A DNA stretch of 64,000 nucleotides from Octopus vulgaris. Lineage: Eukaryota. The translations under genes and the position numbers were made by a program. The stretch is from assembly GCA_951406725.2 (NCBI GenBank), contig OX597825.1:73284001-73348000 (forward strand), in the 5' to 3' direction. A model generated the notes under the pieces. The model was not told the origin of the DNA and made no database searches. It worked only from the letters and a program-made list of their open reading frames with translations. Below, piece by piece: positions 13,191 to 27,498 of this stretch. Position 1 is the stretch's first letter; every line of letters starts with the position of its first letter.

Positions 13191-13195
<5 letters not shown>
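12187..13195 (-). mobile_element. Three tandem 3' fragments of an R4/Dong-clade (restriction-like endonuclease) LINE in (TAA)n
   Basis: EKLSKYKDLEIEVTRMWNLKTETIPIIVGALG...IQKIALLGTAHILRRTL matches the RLE C-terminus. Period 407 bp. Units are separated by (TAA)n. Confidence 0.85.
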
Positions 13196-13237
<42 letters not shown>

Positions 13238-13799
13238 TAAGTCATTAAGATTTCAATTCTGTGAAGGATATTTCAAAATTTGGTTAAATAATTTTCAAAT
13301 TTTTTATATATAATTTTGTACAAATTTTTCTATATTATTTTGTTCTTCATTTGTTTGATACTGATGCCTATCACAATTTTAATACAAATTATGTAAATTT
13401 TCTTGGAATATTATTATTATTTGTTAAAATTTAAAAGAAACACCCACCAAAAGACAAAATTATTTTGCTATTATAACTAAATCATTAACATTAATTATAC
13501 TGAATAACCAAGAACTTCTCTGAGATATAAATGTCTGTAATGAATTTTTCAAAAGTTGGTCTAATAATTTCCAAATTTTTCATTATTGTCCTTTTTCTGT
13601 AAAAATAAAAGAACCAAATGATGTGAGTTCCTCATTGGCTGGTACTGATAACTGTTACAAAGTCAATATTTTTCTGGAAAATTATTAATACTCTGTTTAA
13701 AATTAAACAGAAACTGCCCTCCAAAATTAAAAAGTATTTATAATTATTATTAAATCATTAGTATAAATTATAATGGATAACTTAAATTTTAATTTCTAG

Positions 13800-13979
13800 T
13801 TGTAGGAGTGGCTATGTGGTAAGTAGTTTGCTTACGAATCACATGGTTCTGGGTTCAGTCCCACTATGTGGCACCTTGGGCAAGTGTCTTCTACTATAGC
13901 CTCAGGCCAACCAAAGCCTTGTGAGTGGATTTGGTAGACAGAAACTGAAAGAAGCCCATCGTATATATGTATATATGTG

Positions 13980-14014
<35 letters not shown>

Positions 14015-14226
14015 ATGTTTGTGTGTTTATGCTTGTCATCCCAACATCGCTTGACAACCGATGCTGGTGTGTTTACGTCCTTGTAACTTAGCAGTTCGGC
14101 TAAAGAGACCGATAGAATATGTATTAGGCTTACAAAGAATAAGTCCCGGGGTCGATTTGCTCGACTAAAGGCGGTGCTCCAGCATGGCCACAGTCAAATG
14201 ACTGAAACAAGTAAAAGAGTAAAGAG
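13800..14226 (+). mobile_element. SINE family A, full length
   Basis: Complete head, body and (AGTAAAAG)n tail. Interrupts a satellite unit. Confidence 0.9.
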
Positions 14227-14519
14227 TATGAGAAATTTTTCAAAACTTGATTAATTAACGTAAAAATATTGAAGACAGGGAGCTTCTAATAATGTGAAAG
14301 TGGAAAGTTAACTAACGTTTATATATTTCAATCTAATCAAAATGGCAGGATCTACATAAATACATATTTCTAAACCAGTCACTTGTGGGGCCTTTGTGCT
14401 TAATGGGCCATTGTGCTTAAAATATAGGGAGTTCCATAATTAACTATTTCAGTGAAATTGAAAAGATTTTTCTTTTTAAACTCACTTTAATTTATGTTTA
14501 TTATGTTTAATATTTTTTA

Positions 14520-14698
14520 CTTTATTCTTTTAATCTTTTACTTGTTTCAGTTATTTAACTGCGGCCATGTTGGAGCACCACCTTGAGCCGAGCAAATCAA
14601 CCTCAGGACTTATTCCTTGTAAGCCTAGTACTTATTCTATTGGTCTCTTTTGCCGAACCGCTAAGTTATGGGGACATAAACACACCAACATCGGTTGT
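14520..14698 (-). mobile_element. SINE family A, 3' part
   Basis: Reverse complement of the family A tail. Confidence 0.85.
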
Positions 14699-14769
14699 CT
14701 ACAACAGCCTTTTTTTCAATTTGGCTGCAATCCTTTTGTCTACCTCCATGCCCGGGATGGAGCAATAGT

Positions 14770-15038
14770 TTAGCTGAACTTAAAGAACATATTCAGTTAG
14801 AAATGCAGGAAATATCTCCTGAAATGCTTCACAATGTGTTTCATAATGCATAGATTTGAAATTTGCAGGGATACACATGGAGCACATATTAAAAATTTTC
14901 TACAAAATTTTGACAGAAGATTTATAAATCTATTTGTTTTTGGTATCATAATTAAGTAATAAACGTAAGATTCTGTCAATTTTTCCAAAACTTGCCCAAT
15001 CTCATTGAAAGAGATAATTAATTGTAGGACACCCTGTA
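14770..15038 (+). mobile_element. Tc1/mariner-superfamily transposon 3' remnant
   Basis: Frameshifted LAELKEHIQLEMQEISPEMLHNV...RFEICRDTHGAHI resembles a transposase C-terminus. Ends in GGACACCCTG+TA (CAGGGTGTCC-type TIR). Confidence 0.7.
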
Positions 15039-16914
15039 TATCACAGTTACATAACTTTCCTTGCTGCTCGTTAAAAGCTCTTTGTCGTTATCATTCCTTA
15101 TATTACTTTTGTATCACAATGCTTCAAGTAAACTACAATGCTCATCTTGATTAAATAATGTTCAAATTCTTCTACATTATTTGGTTCCTGTAAAAATAAA
15201 AGTGAATTCTTCATTGCTTTGGTATTGAAGACTGTCACAAAGTCAATATACATTATGTAAAATTTTTCTTGAAAATTTTTATTTGTTAAAATTTAACAGC
15301 AAAAACCCTTCCAAAATTCAGAAGTTATTATTATTATTATTATCATTATTAAATCATTAATGTTAAATATATAATGAAACAAAGAATTTCTATGAGATTT
15401 TAATTTCTGTGAAAAATTTTTCGAAACTTGATTAAATATATTTAAAATAACTCTGAATTATTGCATTGCTGTAAAAATGAAAGAACTAAACAATGGGGAT
15501 TCTTTACAGGATTGGAACCAACTATAAAATTATTATTATTACTTGTTAAAATTATATAGCAAAAACGGCCCCAAAATACAAACGTATTTATCAGTAATAT
15601 AATTATTAAACCGTCTGTATTAATTATATAGTATAATGAAGAATTTCTCTGTGATTTTAATTTCTGTGAGAAAATTTTTGAAAACTCGGTCAAATAATTA
15701 CAAATTTTTCCATATTTCTTGTTGCTGTAAAAAAACAAAACAAAACGAAACGACAAAAACAAAATATTCCTTGAGCAGCGTGAATCCCTCATTGGTTTGG
15801 TTTTGGTGCCAATAACATTAATAAAATCAATATGCATTATCAAATTTTTCTGGAAATTATTATTATTTTTTAAAATTAAACAGAAAAAACCCCAAAAAGT
15901 ATGAAAGTATTTATTATTATTATTATCATTATTATTATTATTATAACTAAACCATTAATATTATTTGATATAGGAATAACCAAGAATTTCTCTCAGATAT
16001 TAATTTAGTATTTCCTTCTGTCTTTTGTTTCCATTCCCTGGAACATTACAGACTTCAAATGGGCCACAGCCAAAACAGCAAAACAGCTTCCTGATGAGCA
16101 TTGGCCCTTTTATTCTCCAAATAAAATCAAGGCTTTTTCTTGATAAGAAAAAAAAAACAAGAAAATAAAGAAACAACATAGTTATTTCTCTTTATCAGAG
16201 AAAGAACTCATTAACACACTTCAGCTTTTACCTTGTACTGAACTGACCCTTCTTTCGGGCCAAAGAAGATGACAATTAGGATTCTGTGAACCCTAAGAAT
16301 TGGCTTTATATGAGAGTAGTAAAATACACCGGAAGATAATTTTGTTAACTCATTTCATTCTTATAATTTGTCTGAGACATTCAAATTGGAACCACAACTT
16401 CAAACCAGCTGTTGTTTGAAATAACAGAATTTGCAGACCTTTCAAACCCGACTGTTCATCCATACATAGTTTACAAATTATTTCTTCATTCACATCTTGG
16501 GTTTTGGAAATGATAGTTAAGTGATATCACTTTTTAGGATATCATCTTTCATATGTATATATGTATCAATGTATGTATGTACATATGATGCATATGAGTG
16601 TGTACGTATATGTGTATGTATGCATGTATGCCTTTAAGTGAAAATATGCATGTGGATACATGCATGAATGTATGCCTGCAAATATGTGTTTATATATGTA
16701 TATTTATGTATGCACATGAACATACATACGTACATACATATATATTATATATATTATATATATATATTATATATCATATATATATATATATGTATGCATG
16801 TATGCTTGTATATATATATGCATGTATGTGTATATATATATGTATGTATGTATGTATGTTCATGTGCATATATATAATATATCATATATATATATGTATG
16901 CATGTATGAGTGTA

Positions 16915-16948
<34 letters not shown>

Positions 16949-17062
16949 CATGTATGTATGTATGTATATGAGTATTTACATGTATGTATGTGTGTGCATG
17001 CATGCCTATTTGTCACATTGGTTCTCTTAAAAAAATAATAACACAAGACAGAAACCAGATAC

Positions 17063-17097
17063 ATCACCATCATCATCATCATCATCATAATCACCAC

Positions 17098-17154
<57 letters not shown>

Positions 17155-17190
17155 AATCACCACCATCATCATCATCATCATAATCACCAC

Positions 17191-17244
<54 letters not shown>

Positions 17245-17253
17245 AATCACCAC

Positions 17254-17285
<32 letters not shown>

Positions 17286-17289
17286 CCAC

Positions 17290-17358
<69 letters not shown>

Positions 17359-17370
17359 AATCATCACCAC

Positions 17371-17418
<48 letters not shown>

Positions 17419-17440
17419 AATCATCACCATCATCATCATT
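17063..17440. repeat. (CAT)n array punctuated by AATCACCAC
   Basis: Direct reading. Source of the poly-H, poly-D and poly-M ORFs. Confidence 0.95.
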
Positions 17441-18071
17441 ATACACCAATAAACTGAATATTTATAAACCACTCTGATATTTTGGATCGTTTATTTTTAT
17501 TTTTGGTTTCAGAAGACATAAAGTTTTTTGAAAAAAAAAAAATCAAAAATTAAAAAAGAAAAAAAAAAAACAGAAGAAAGATAATAAATATTACAAAAGA
17601 GTAAAAAAAAAAAAAAGGTGAAAAGAAAGAAAATTTCTTGGATATTGATGCAGATCAAGGGGTGAATGGTACATAATTTCTTTTTTCTGCAGTAAAATCC
17701 AAGTTTAAAATGATTGTATCTTATTTCTCATGGGTGCATTTCTGTCTATTTGTCTATATCTATGGGCTCATAATGTTGTGCATATATGTATGTATGCATG
17801 TATGTATATGTGTGTGTGTATGTGTATACATATGTATATATGCATATATAAATATATACATACACACACACCTGTATATATATGTACACTCACACACACA
17901 GACACATACACACACACACACAAACTCACATACACACTTGATCTATGCAGGCCTTTTAGAGGTCTGATGTGTTTCTATTATTAGCATTGTAAATCAAAGA
18001 ATTTCTTAACATATATATATGTATATATAAATGCATGCAGATAAGCATTTTTATACATGTAAGTATATATA

Positions 18072-18143
<72 letters not shown>

Positions 18144-18194
18144 TATATGTACATATACATATATATACATATATATATATATACACATCCATAT

Positions 18195-18251
<57 letters not shown>

Positions 18252-19298
18252 CATATATACATATACATATACACACATACATACATATAATACATACATA
18301 ATACATATATATGTATATATATATATATATAATATATATAGATAGAGTGTGAGAGAGAAAGAGAGAGAGAGCGAAAGATAGAGAGATTGATATATTTATA
18401 ACAGATTGACTCAGCTTCACATTGTCTAAAGTTTCGTGAAGTGAGAAACACTTCCACATCATCAAATGTTTAGAATCATAGTGGAGAGGATTTGAAAGCT
18501 AAATGTGTCGAATGCTACATTTTGCAATTGTTTACCTTCACATATATAACGTATGTCAATACAGTCAATTGATTAAGTAAGAACTACTTCAAGTTTCATG
18601 TGTTGATAAGACATTTTTTCAGACCCGTTTGATTTTACTCAGCATAAAAATGCAAAAATGTAATTATCTGTTAAAAAATCAATTGTTTCTTTGTTTTTTT
18701 TTTTAAATTTTAAAGTTTTCAAATTGGCATTATAGGAAATGACGTGTGAAATTTTTGAAAAAGTGTAACAAATAGCTATGTGATATATATGTCCTATGTG
18801 TTGATATGCCTAGATTCTATTGAATACTATAACTAACATATCTTTCTATCTTTCTATCTTTCTATGTATACACACACCCACCCAATCCCCATGAACAAAA
18901 TCACACATACATTCGTACATGTATGTATAAACATTAATAATAAGATATTCAATATTTATAGGACACGTGTTTCTACAAAATACCATAATTATTACATAAC
19001 ACCTATAGGAAAATTATGCAATCTTTCACTTCACCTCATCAGTGTCCTGTAATATAATACATACACACACACACTCACAGATATGTTGTGGAGTATTCAC
19101 ACATGAGGTTATAAAAAGGTATAAGATCAAATAACAGTACTTGCAATTAATCCCCAACTTCCCACTATATAAGGCAGTCCATTTCCCATCCCCCTACATA
19201 TACCTTCTCTTAACTCAGTGCAATTACATGTGAGATACCACTGATGTTCATACATACATACATGTATACATACATACATGGTGATGATATACAGAAAC

Positions 19299-19329
<31 letters not shown>

Positions 19330-19549
19330 AAGGGAGATTAGTAAGTTGACTTCACTCTCTATATCACTTAAAGTTTCATGGAGATGAACGTGTGGTCACA
19401 TCATCAGATACTTCAAATGTCTGACATCGTGTTTTCATGTTCATGAAAGTTAAAGTAACATGTTACTCAATAAAAACGACTTCAGTTATATGTGTTGAGT
19501 GCTATTTCCATTTCCATTCATTTATTCACTCATCCTTATGCACACACAC

Positions 19550-19702
<153 letters not shown>

Positions 19703-19708
19703 TACATT

Positions 19709-19802
<94 letters not shown>

Positions 19803-20127
19803 GTATATTCTCAGCCTCAAGGTTTTACATACTTAACATTCCGTAAATATTTCTCTCACATATAGCATGTCATTTTTATTTTAATGTTTTCAATATTAAA
19901 AATACTTTTTAGTTATTTTTCATCGACTATTGTGAAACACTTGTTCTAAAAGGGATGTAACTCACTTGTTTGTCCTGGAAGTCATGACCCAATGCCTTCT
20001 CACACTGTCAAAATGAAATTTGATATTTTATAAAAAAAACAAAAAAACAAGAGTTATGCTGAGCAATGAGGAATGTATAATCAAGACATGAAACTTGAAG
20101 TAGTGCATGTATGATTGATTAATTGCT

Positions 20128-20165
<38 letters not shown>

Positions 20166-20234
20166 TATATTTGAGGAATCTTGGAACCTAATGATCGACC
20201 AACTATAGCACTTACCCAGTGTTCATATTTGTAC

Positions 20235-20291
<57 letters not shown>

Positions 20292-20474
20292 AAGATTGGT
20301 TGTTACATGGTGCCACATGAGTGACATATGTTTCTCACCATCTCTAATATTATAAGATTCTGCGTAATTTGCAATTTGATTAAACTATAACACATCTGAA
20401 GTGATTATGGATGGCGACAGTGTCCATGCAATTACTACAACTAAAAGTAGTGATGATGATGATGATAATATAAA

Positions 20475-20505
<31 letters not shown>

Positions 20506-20588
20506 TAAATAATAATGATGATGATTAATAATGACAATAATAATGATGATTATGATGATAATGATTAATGATAATCCTCTCTTCTGGA

Positions 20589-20829
20589 GGCACAAGGCCT
20601 CAAATTTCGTGGGTGGGGTCTAGTCGATTATATCGACCCCAGTGCGTAGCTGATATTTATTTTATCGACTCGAAAGGTTGAAAGGCAAAGTTGACCTCGG
20701 CGGAATTTGAATTCAGAATGGAAAACCAAACGAAATGCCGCTAAGCATTTTGCCTGGTCTGCGAATGATTCTGCCAGCTCACCATCGCCTTAAATAAGGA
20801 TGAGGATGACGATGATGATGATGATGATG

Positions 20830-20869
<40 letters not shown>

Positions 20870-20898
20870 TTTACGATAATAATAATAATAATGATAAT

Positions 20899-20932
<34 letters not shown>

Positions 20933-20987
20933 GTCCAACCCATTCTAGCATGGAAAGCGGACGTTAAACGAAATGACAACAATAATG

Positions 20988-21059
<72 letters not shown>

Positions 21060-21457
21060 TATTAAGAATGACGGTGGTTTCTGATTTAGGCACAAGGCCG
21101 ATGATTTTGAGGAGAGATGTTAGGTTGATATGACCACCCCTAACAGTTGACTGGGCCGTTTCTTTATTGATATGAAAGGTAGTTCGCAAAATAAAGAACT
21201 GGAACAAATACCACAAACATTTTGTCATCAATGCTCTAAAAATTATAACAGGTTCACTATGTTAATGATAATTCTTTATAATTTTTAGCACGAGGCCAGC
21301 AATTTTAGGGGATTTCAGTGCTCAGCTGGTACTTAATATATTAGTCCCCAAATGGCAAAGTCGACCTTGTCAGAATTTGATCTTAGAAAGTCAGGAATCA
21401 GAAGAAATGTCACTAAGAAATTTGTATAATGGGATAATAATTCTGCAAGCAGATCCC

Positions 21458-21508
<51 letters not shown>

Positions 21509-21996
21509 GTAATAATAATAATCCTTTACATTACAGGTACAAGGCCTGAAATTTTTGGGGAGGAGACGAGTCGATCATATCAATTCCCTGTGTTTCACTG
21601 TTACTTAATTTATCGACCCCGAAAGGAAGAAAGGCAAAGTCGACCTCAGTGGAATTTGAACTCAGAACTCAGAACGTAGCAACGGAGCAGTTCATCCAGC
21701 ATGCTAATGATTCTGCCAGCTCACAGCCTTAAAAAAATGATACTGATACTACTACTACTAATAATAATGATAATAATAATCTTTTCTACTAAAGGCACAA
21801 GGCCTGAAATTTGGGGGAGAGGGTGCTTATTTTGTCAACCCTCAAAAGGATGAAGGGCAAAGTCAACCTCAGTGAAATTTGAACCCAGAGCATAGCAACG
21901 GGCAAAATACCACTATGCATTTTGCCTGGTGTGCTAACGACCCTGCCAGCTTCTTGCCTAATTATAATAATGATAATAATAATAATAATAATAATG

Positions 21997-22052
<56 letters not shown>

Positions 22053-22292
22053 AAGAAGAAAAAGAAGAAGAAGAATGGTTTCAAATTTTGCCACAAGGGC
22101 AGCAGTTTTGGGGGAGAGCATGAGTCGATTACATTGACTCCAGTGTACTCAACTGGTACTTATTTTATCAGGCCCCGAAAGGATGAAAAGCAGAGTCGAT
22201 CTTGGTGGCATTTGAACTCAGAGCATAGCGATGGGCGAAATAGCGTTAAGCATTTTGTCCAGCACACTAACGATTCTGCCAGCTTGTCACCT
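20589..22292 (-). mobile_element. Cluster of six co-oriented Meta-domain SINEs (family B) within (AAT)n
   Basis: Copies at about 20589-20791, 21088-21250, 21288-21455, 21537-21731, 21793-21960 and 22090-22292. Minus-strand GTCGACTTTGCCTTTCATCCTTTCGGGGTCGATAAA.TAAGTACCAG resembles the MetaSINE central domain. Confidence 0.8.
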
Positions 22293-22437
22293 AATAATGA
22301 TAACAACAACAGCAACAATAATAATAATAATAATAATATTAATAACAACAATAACAATAATAATAATAATAATGATAATAATAATAAGGATAATAATAAT
22401 AAGGATAATAATAATGATGATGATGATAATAATAATA

Positions 22438-22470
<33 letters not shown>

Positions 22471-22508
22471 TAATAATGATGATGATGATAATAATAATAA
22501 TAATAATA

Positions 22509-22546
<38 letters not shown>

Positions 22547-22586
22547 TAACAATAATAATAGCAATAATAACAACAACAACAACAAC

Positions 22587-22618
<32 letters not shown>

Positions 22619-22626
22619 TAATAATG

Positions 22627-22677
<51 letters not shown>

Positions 22678-23123
22678 TGGATAATAATTGTAATTGTAAA
22701 AATAAAGTGAACAGAGATAAAAGAATGTTGTGTGACACTGATGATGATGATGACGATGATGATAACAATAGCAATGACCATAAGGATGATGCTGATGATA
22801 GAGACTACGATGACTATGATGATGATGATGATGATGATGAAAACGATGATTTAAAAATGTAACTAAAGTTAGGTATAATACAGAGATGTAGAAATCCAGT
22901 GTTAGCACTGTAGCTAAAAAAAAAACATAACACTGTCATTTAGGACACTTCAGCAATAGCAGTCATACACGTAGTAGTAGTCGTAGTAGTAGTAGTAGTA
23001 GTAGTAGAAGTAGTAGTAGAAGTAGTAGTAGAAGTAGTAGTAGTAGAAGTAGTAGTAGTAGTAGAAGTAGTAGTAGTAGTAGAAGTAGTAGAAGTAGTAG
23101 AAGTAGTAGAAGTAGTAGTAGTA

Positions 23124-23159
<36 letters not shown>

Positions 23160-23245
23160 ATATCAATAGCAATAATTGTAGTAATAATAGTAGTATTAGT
23201 AGTAGTAATTAGAGCGATAAATATAATCATAATAACAATAATAAT
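22293..23245. repeat. (AAT)n, (GAT)n and (AGT/AGA)n trinucleotide arrays
   Basis: Direct reading. Confidence 0.95.
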
Positions 23246-23334
23246 TTCATTTGTCTTCGGCTCAAGGCCAAGATTTTTCTGTTTTTTTTTCCGTTTCTTT
23301 TTTTTATTCTTTCTTTTGTTTTTAGGGAAATGGA

Positions 23335-23550
23335 TTTACATAGTTCCTTAAAAAAAGGAGAGTATGTCTGTGTATATATATATATATATATGTATATACA
23401 TAGTTCCTTGAGAAAGCATTCATTTTTTTTTTTTTTTAGAGTTCCTTGAGTATAGGAACAAGTGGGGTTTTGTATATAGTTCCTTGAGAAAAAGATTTTA
23501 GATAGTTCTTTAACGAAGGGGTTTTATACTGTTCCTTGAGAAAGGGGATA
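23335..23550. repeat. Degenerate minisatellite with TAGTTCCTTGAGAAA core
   Basis: About 6 copies of the core, and one more at about 23708. Confidence 0.7.
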
Positions 23551-23580
23551 TACATATATATATTTATATATATATAAATA

Positions 23581-23646
<66 letters not shown>

Positions 23647-24772
23647 TATTATACATATATATATGTATATGTATATACATATGTATAGATATATATGTAT
23701 ATATATATAGTTCCTTGAATTGAGACCATTGTATTACCAGTGCTTATTATAATAACCCCCATAGAGATGAAAGGCAAAAATTGACCCACCCCCCACCCCA
23801 CCCCACCGGCGGGAATTTGAATCTTGGAATATCCATCGGACGAACCTAAATGCTGCTGCAAAACATTTAGTTCGGTGCTCTGCCATTTTCTGCCAACGCG
23901 ACGCACCTTTACTGATTGTGCATTTTTTTTTTCTCTTTTGAAAATTATTACTATTATCATTTTTGAAGTTTTCTTTTTTTCTTTCCGAGATACATTAGTA
24001 ATAATAATAATAATAATAATAGTAATAACAATAACAATAAAAATAATGATAATAACCAGAATAACAACAAATGTAGTAGTAGTGGTTGCATTAGTAATGC
24101 TTGTGGTTGGTAGGGTTGTAGTAGAAACAAGGGTGAAATTATCAACTAGAAATTTCTAAAAATTTGTGATAGATTTCTCAGTTTATCTTTATAAATGTTT
24201 GTGAAATCATTCATTTCAAGCTTAAATCCTTTGAATTTCATTCATTGATCTACTTATTTATTTGTGTATTTATTAGTTTATTTATCCATTCATTCATTTA
24301 TTTATTTGTTTATTTATTCGTTTATTTATGTGTCTTTTTATTTCTCCAATCTGTACTTCATACCGGTTTGCTATTTTTCTAACATAACGCAACAAGAAAG
24401 AAGGAATTCATTTTGTTATTAAAAGTTTTATATTTTTGCGAAAGCAAAATTTTATTTTTCTCCTTCCTTTTGCGTCCATCTTTCCCTTTACACTCCTTTA
24501 AAGTTTATCATAGGAAGATATGAAAAGACTCAAGGATCCAATATTCTTGGCATCGATATTCAGAATCAACTTTCAAATTTGTCTCTTCCTGTATATTTTT
24601 ATAGTTATTTTATTTTTAAAGAAAATATAAAACTGTTCTAAAGAAAATACTAAATCATCCTTTGCTATTTAGAATTATACGATGCTAGTTTATTATTTGT
24701 TGGAGAATCTCTGATGATCGAAATGATAGTGTGCCTGACTGCCTGTGAGGTGTGCATGTGTGAATATATGCA

Positions 24773-24814
<42 letters not shown>

Positions 24815-25021
24815 TTTGTGTATGTGTGCATGCGTGCATGTGAATCTATATGAAATGTATTCTTTGGCCAAATCAAAGACAGTTAGACCATTAATGGCTA
24901 AGTTCACCTAGGTATAGGTCAGTACAAAAAGGGAGTCAGTACAGTTCATTGCCTGGCAAGTGTTTATCTGAGCTTGCAGTCATTGTGATCACCTTCGCCC
25001 ATAAATTTTGTAGACATCTTT

Positions 25022-25250
25022 GTAACCCTTTAGCATTTAACCTGGCCATATCTGGCCCAGATATTCTACTGCTTTTATGTTCAAACTGGTCAGATCCAGC
25101 TTCTCAGACCTATCCGACAATGTCGTTTTTAAAGTAAACAATCACATCATCAAAATCTCGAAGCTGTGAGATAATCCATGATGAACTCAAAAGAATGGGA
25201 ACAAATATGAATTACATTTGACAAAATAATCTGTACCCTAGAGGGTTTTA
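25022..25250. mobile_element. Degenerate piggyBac-like MITE
   Basis: TAACCCTTTAG...CTAGAGGGTTT termini near TTAA-like sites. Confidence 0.5.
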
Positions 25251-26054
25251 AGAAGGATTGTTCTGCTTAGCTCTGCTGATTTCACTTGCTTTTTATGCTC
25301 TATATGAAGACCAAAAAAAAAAAGATAAGTCTTCAGTGCTGCTACCCCTAATACCCATCAGATTTGGAAATAATTACAGATAATTCAACATCCGAAAAAA
25401 AAAAAAAAAAATACGAAAAGAAATAAAGGCTCAGTTAAAAAAAAGAACCAGATTTAAATGGAAAGAGATTAGAAGTATTCAAGACTAATAAATTACAGAC
25501 TTCTTTCTTTTTTTGGTTTTGAAGGACTATGTTTGTGTAGTAAAATATTATAAAGCATTGAATATAAGTTAGACTAATCTTCAGTTTAAAATTTATGTTA
25601 ATGAACCAGATTTTAAAAAATTTCTTTTTGTAGATGGACAGCGTTCTGAATCTTGGCATCTCTAAACAATCCCAGGAATATTCCAAAAGATTCTTAGTAC
25701 CGTACATTCACATTTGTTTTGCTTTTTTTTTTTTTATCTTTCACTAACCGAGCAGTTTCTTAATTTTTCTGTTCTCTTCTTGTGTTTTATGTCGTTAGAC
25801 ACACACCGTTAGAGCACACATGCGTATAACCACATACAAACAGAGGACGCACATGTGTGCGTGCGAGAGTGTGTATCTATATGTGTGTGTCTGTGGGTTG
25901 GTAGTTGTTAGTGTGCAGGTGTGATTGTATGCATGTATGAGACATGTAAACAAGCATATATAAATATAATACATCTACGTATGTAGTTTATGTGAATACT
26001 AAAAAACATCTGAATAAGTTATTTATGTATGTGTGTGTGTATGTGTGCGTGTAT

Positions 26055-26085
<31 letters not shown>

Positions 26086-26376
26086 GCACATATATATATA
26101 TATATTTAGGTATATATGTATTCATATTCCTATTTACATATACACACATACATATATATATATATACATATATATATATAAATATATATATATATATGCA
26201 TATATATATGGGTGTGTATATGTGTGTATATAATATATTTATATGTGTGTGTGTGTGTTTGTGTATAAAGACCGGGAGTAATGAGAAACTCTGATTCATG
26301 GCTCATACAGACTCAGCTTTAAACAAACAATGCTATACACACACACATATATATAAATGTATATGTATATATGTAT

Positions 26377-26409
<33 letters not shown>

Positions 26410-27128
26410 CATATATATTTATATACATATATATACATACATATATATACATATATATTTATATACATATATATAACTTATATATATATACATCTATATT
26501 GAAACATATATATTCATATACATGTATATAAACATATGTATCTATACACGCACACACACACACATACACATACACACATATATATATATGTACATATGTA
26601 TACAGACATGTATGCACATATATATACATATATAAATAACATAACTATATCAACTGGATCAATGTAAACTCGCATTTAAAGAAAAAGAATATATGAGTGA
26701 GGTATATATGTGTGTGCGTGTGCCTATGTAAGTGTATACATGTGCAGTTGTGTATACATTCTTGTAAGAATGTATATTATCAAGAATACTGTTTGAGAGA
26801 AGGCCACCAAAGTAACATACCCCAGAGCAATGCTCTGTATATGATTCTAACTTCTATGCATTTTCATTATAATAAAAGTAATAATGATAATAATAATAAT
26901 AATTATAAGAATAATAAAAGTAATAGAGATAATATCCTGCGTGTATATATATATATTTATGTATATATATAGTTATATATATATAGCTATATATATATGT
27001 GCGTATATATATATATATATGAATATTGTGTTCATAATTTTATTTTCTCAAAGAACGACTATTATTATTATTAATATTTTCATTATTATTATTATTAATA
27101 TTAAGATTATTATTATTATTATTATTGA

Positions 27129-27191
<63 letters not shown>

Positions 27192-27443
27192 ACGATGTGT
27201 CAATGCATTCTCCCCTCGGCAAAAAAAAATATAATAATAATCGAATCCCTTTCACCCCAAAACATTTCCTTCCTCATTAAGTTTAGAATGTATTTAAGGG
27301 ATAAGGGGCCATTATTTTGTATTTGCTACACACATACATACAAGCATATGTATATATATATATATATATATAACATATATATGTATATATATGGAACATA
27401 TATTTATGTATATATAGTATATATAAAACATATATATATGTGA

Positions 27444-27498
<55 letters not shown>

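Larger units (their letters stand above)
13245..16005. repeat. Degenerate AT-rich satellite, unit about 250-280 bp, in two blocks (13245-13798 and about 15150-16005)
   Basis: Recurring motifs AATTTCTGTGAGAAAATTTTT.AAAACT, TCCTCATTGG...GGT and TTGTTAAAATT.AACAG.AAA..CCC.CCAAAA. Confidence 0.7.

Noticed and set aside
13800-13870. tRNA genes
   Set aside because: The A/B-box-like heads belong to SINEs. I could not fold a complete cloverleaf.
16085-16200. CTGATGA...GAAA as a hammerhead
   Set aside because: No convincing stems I-III or NUH site.
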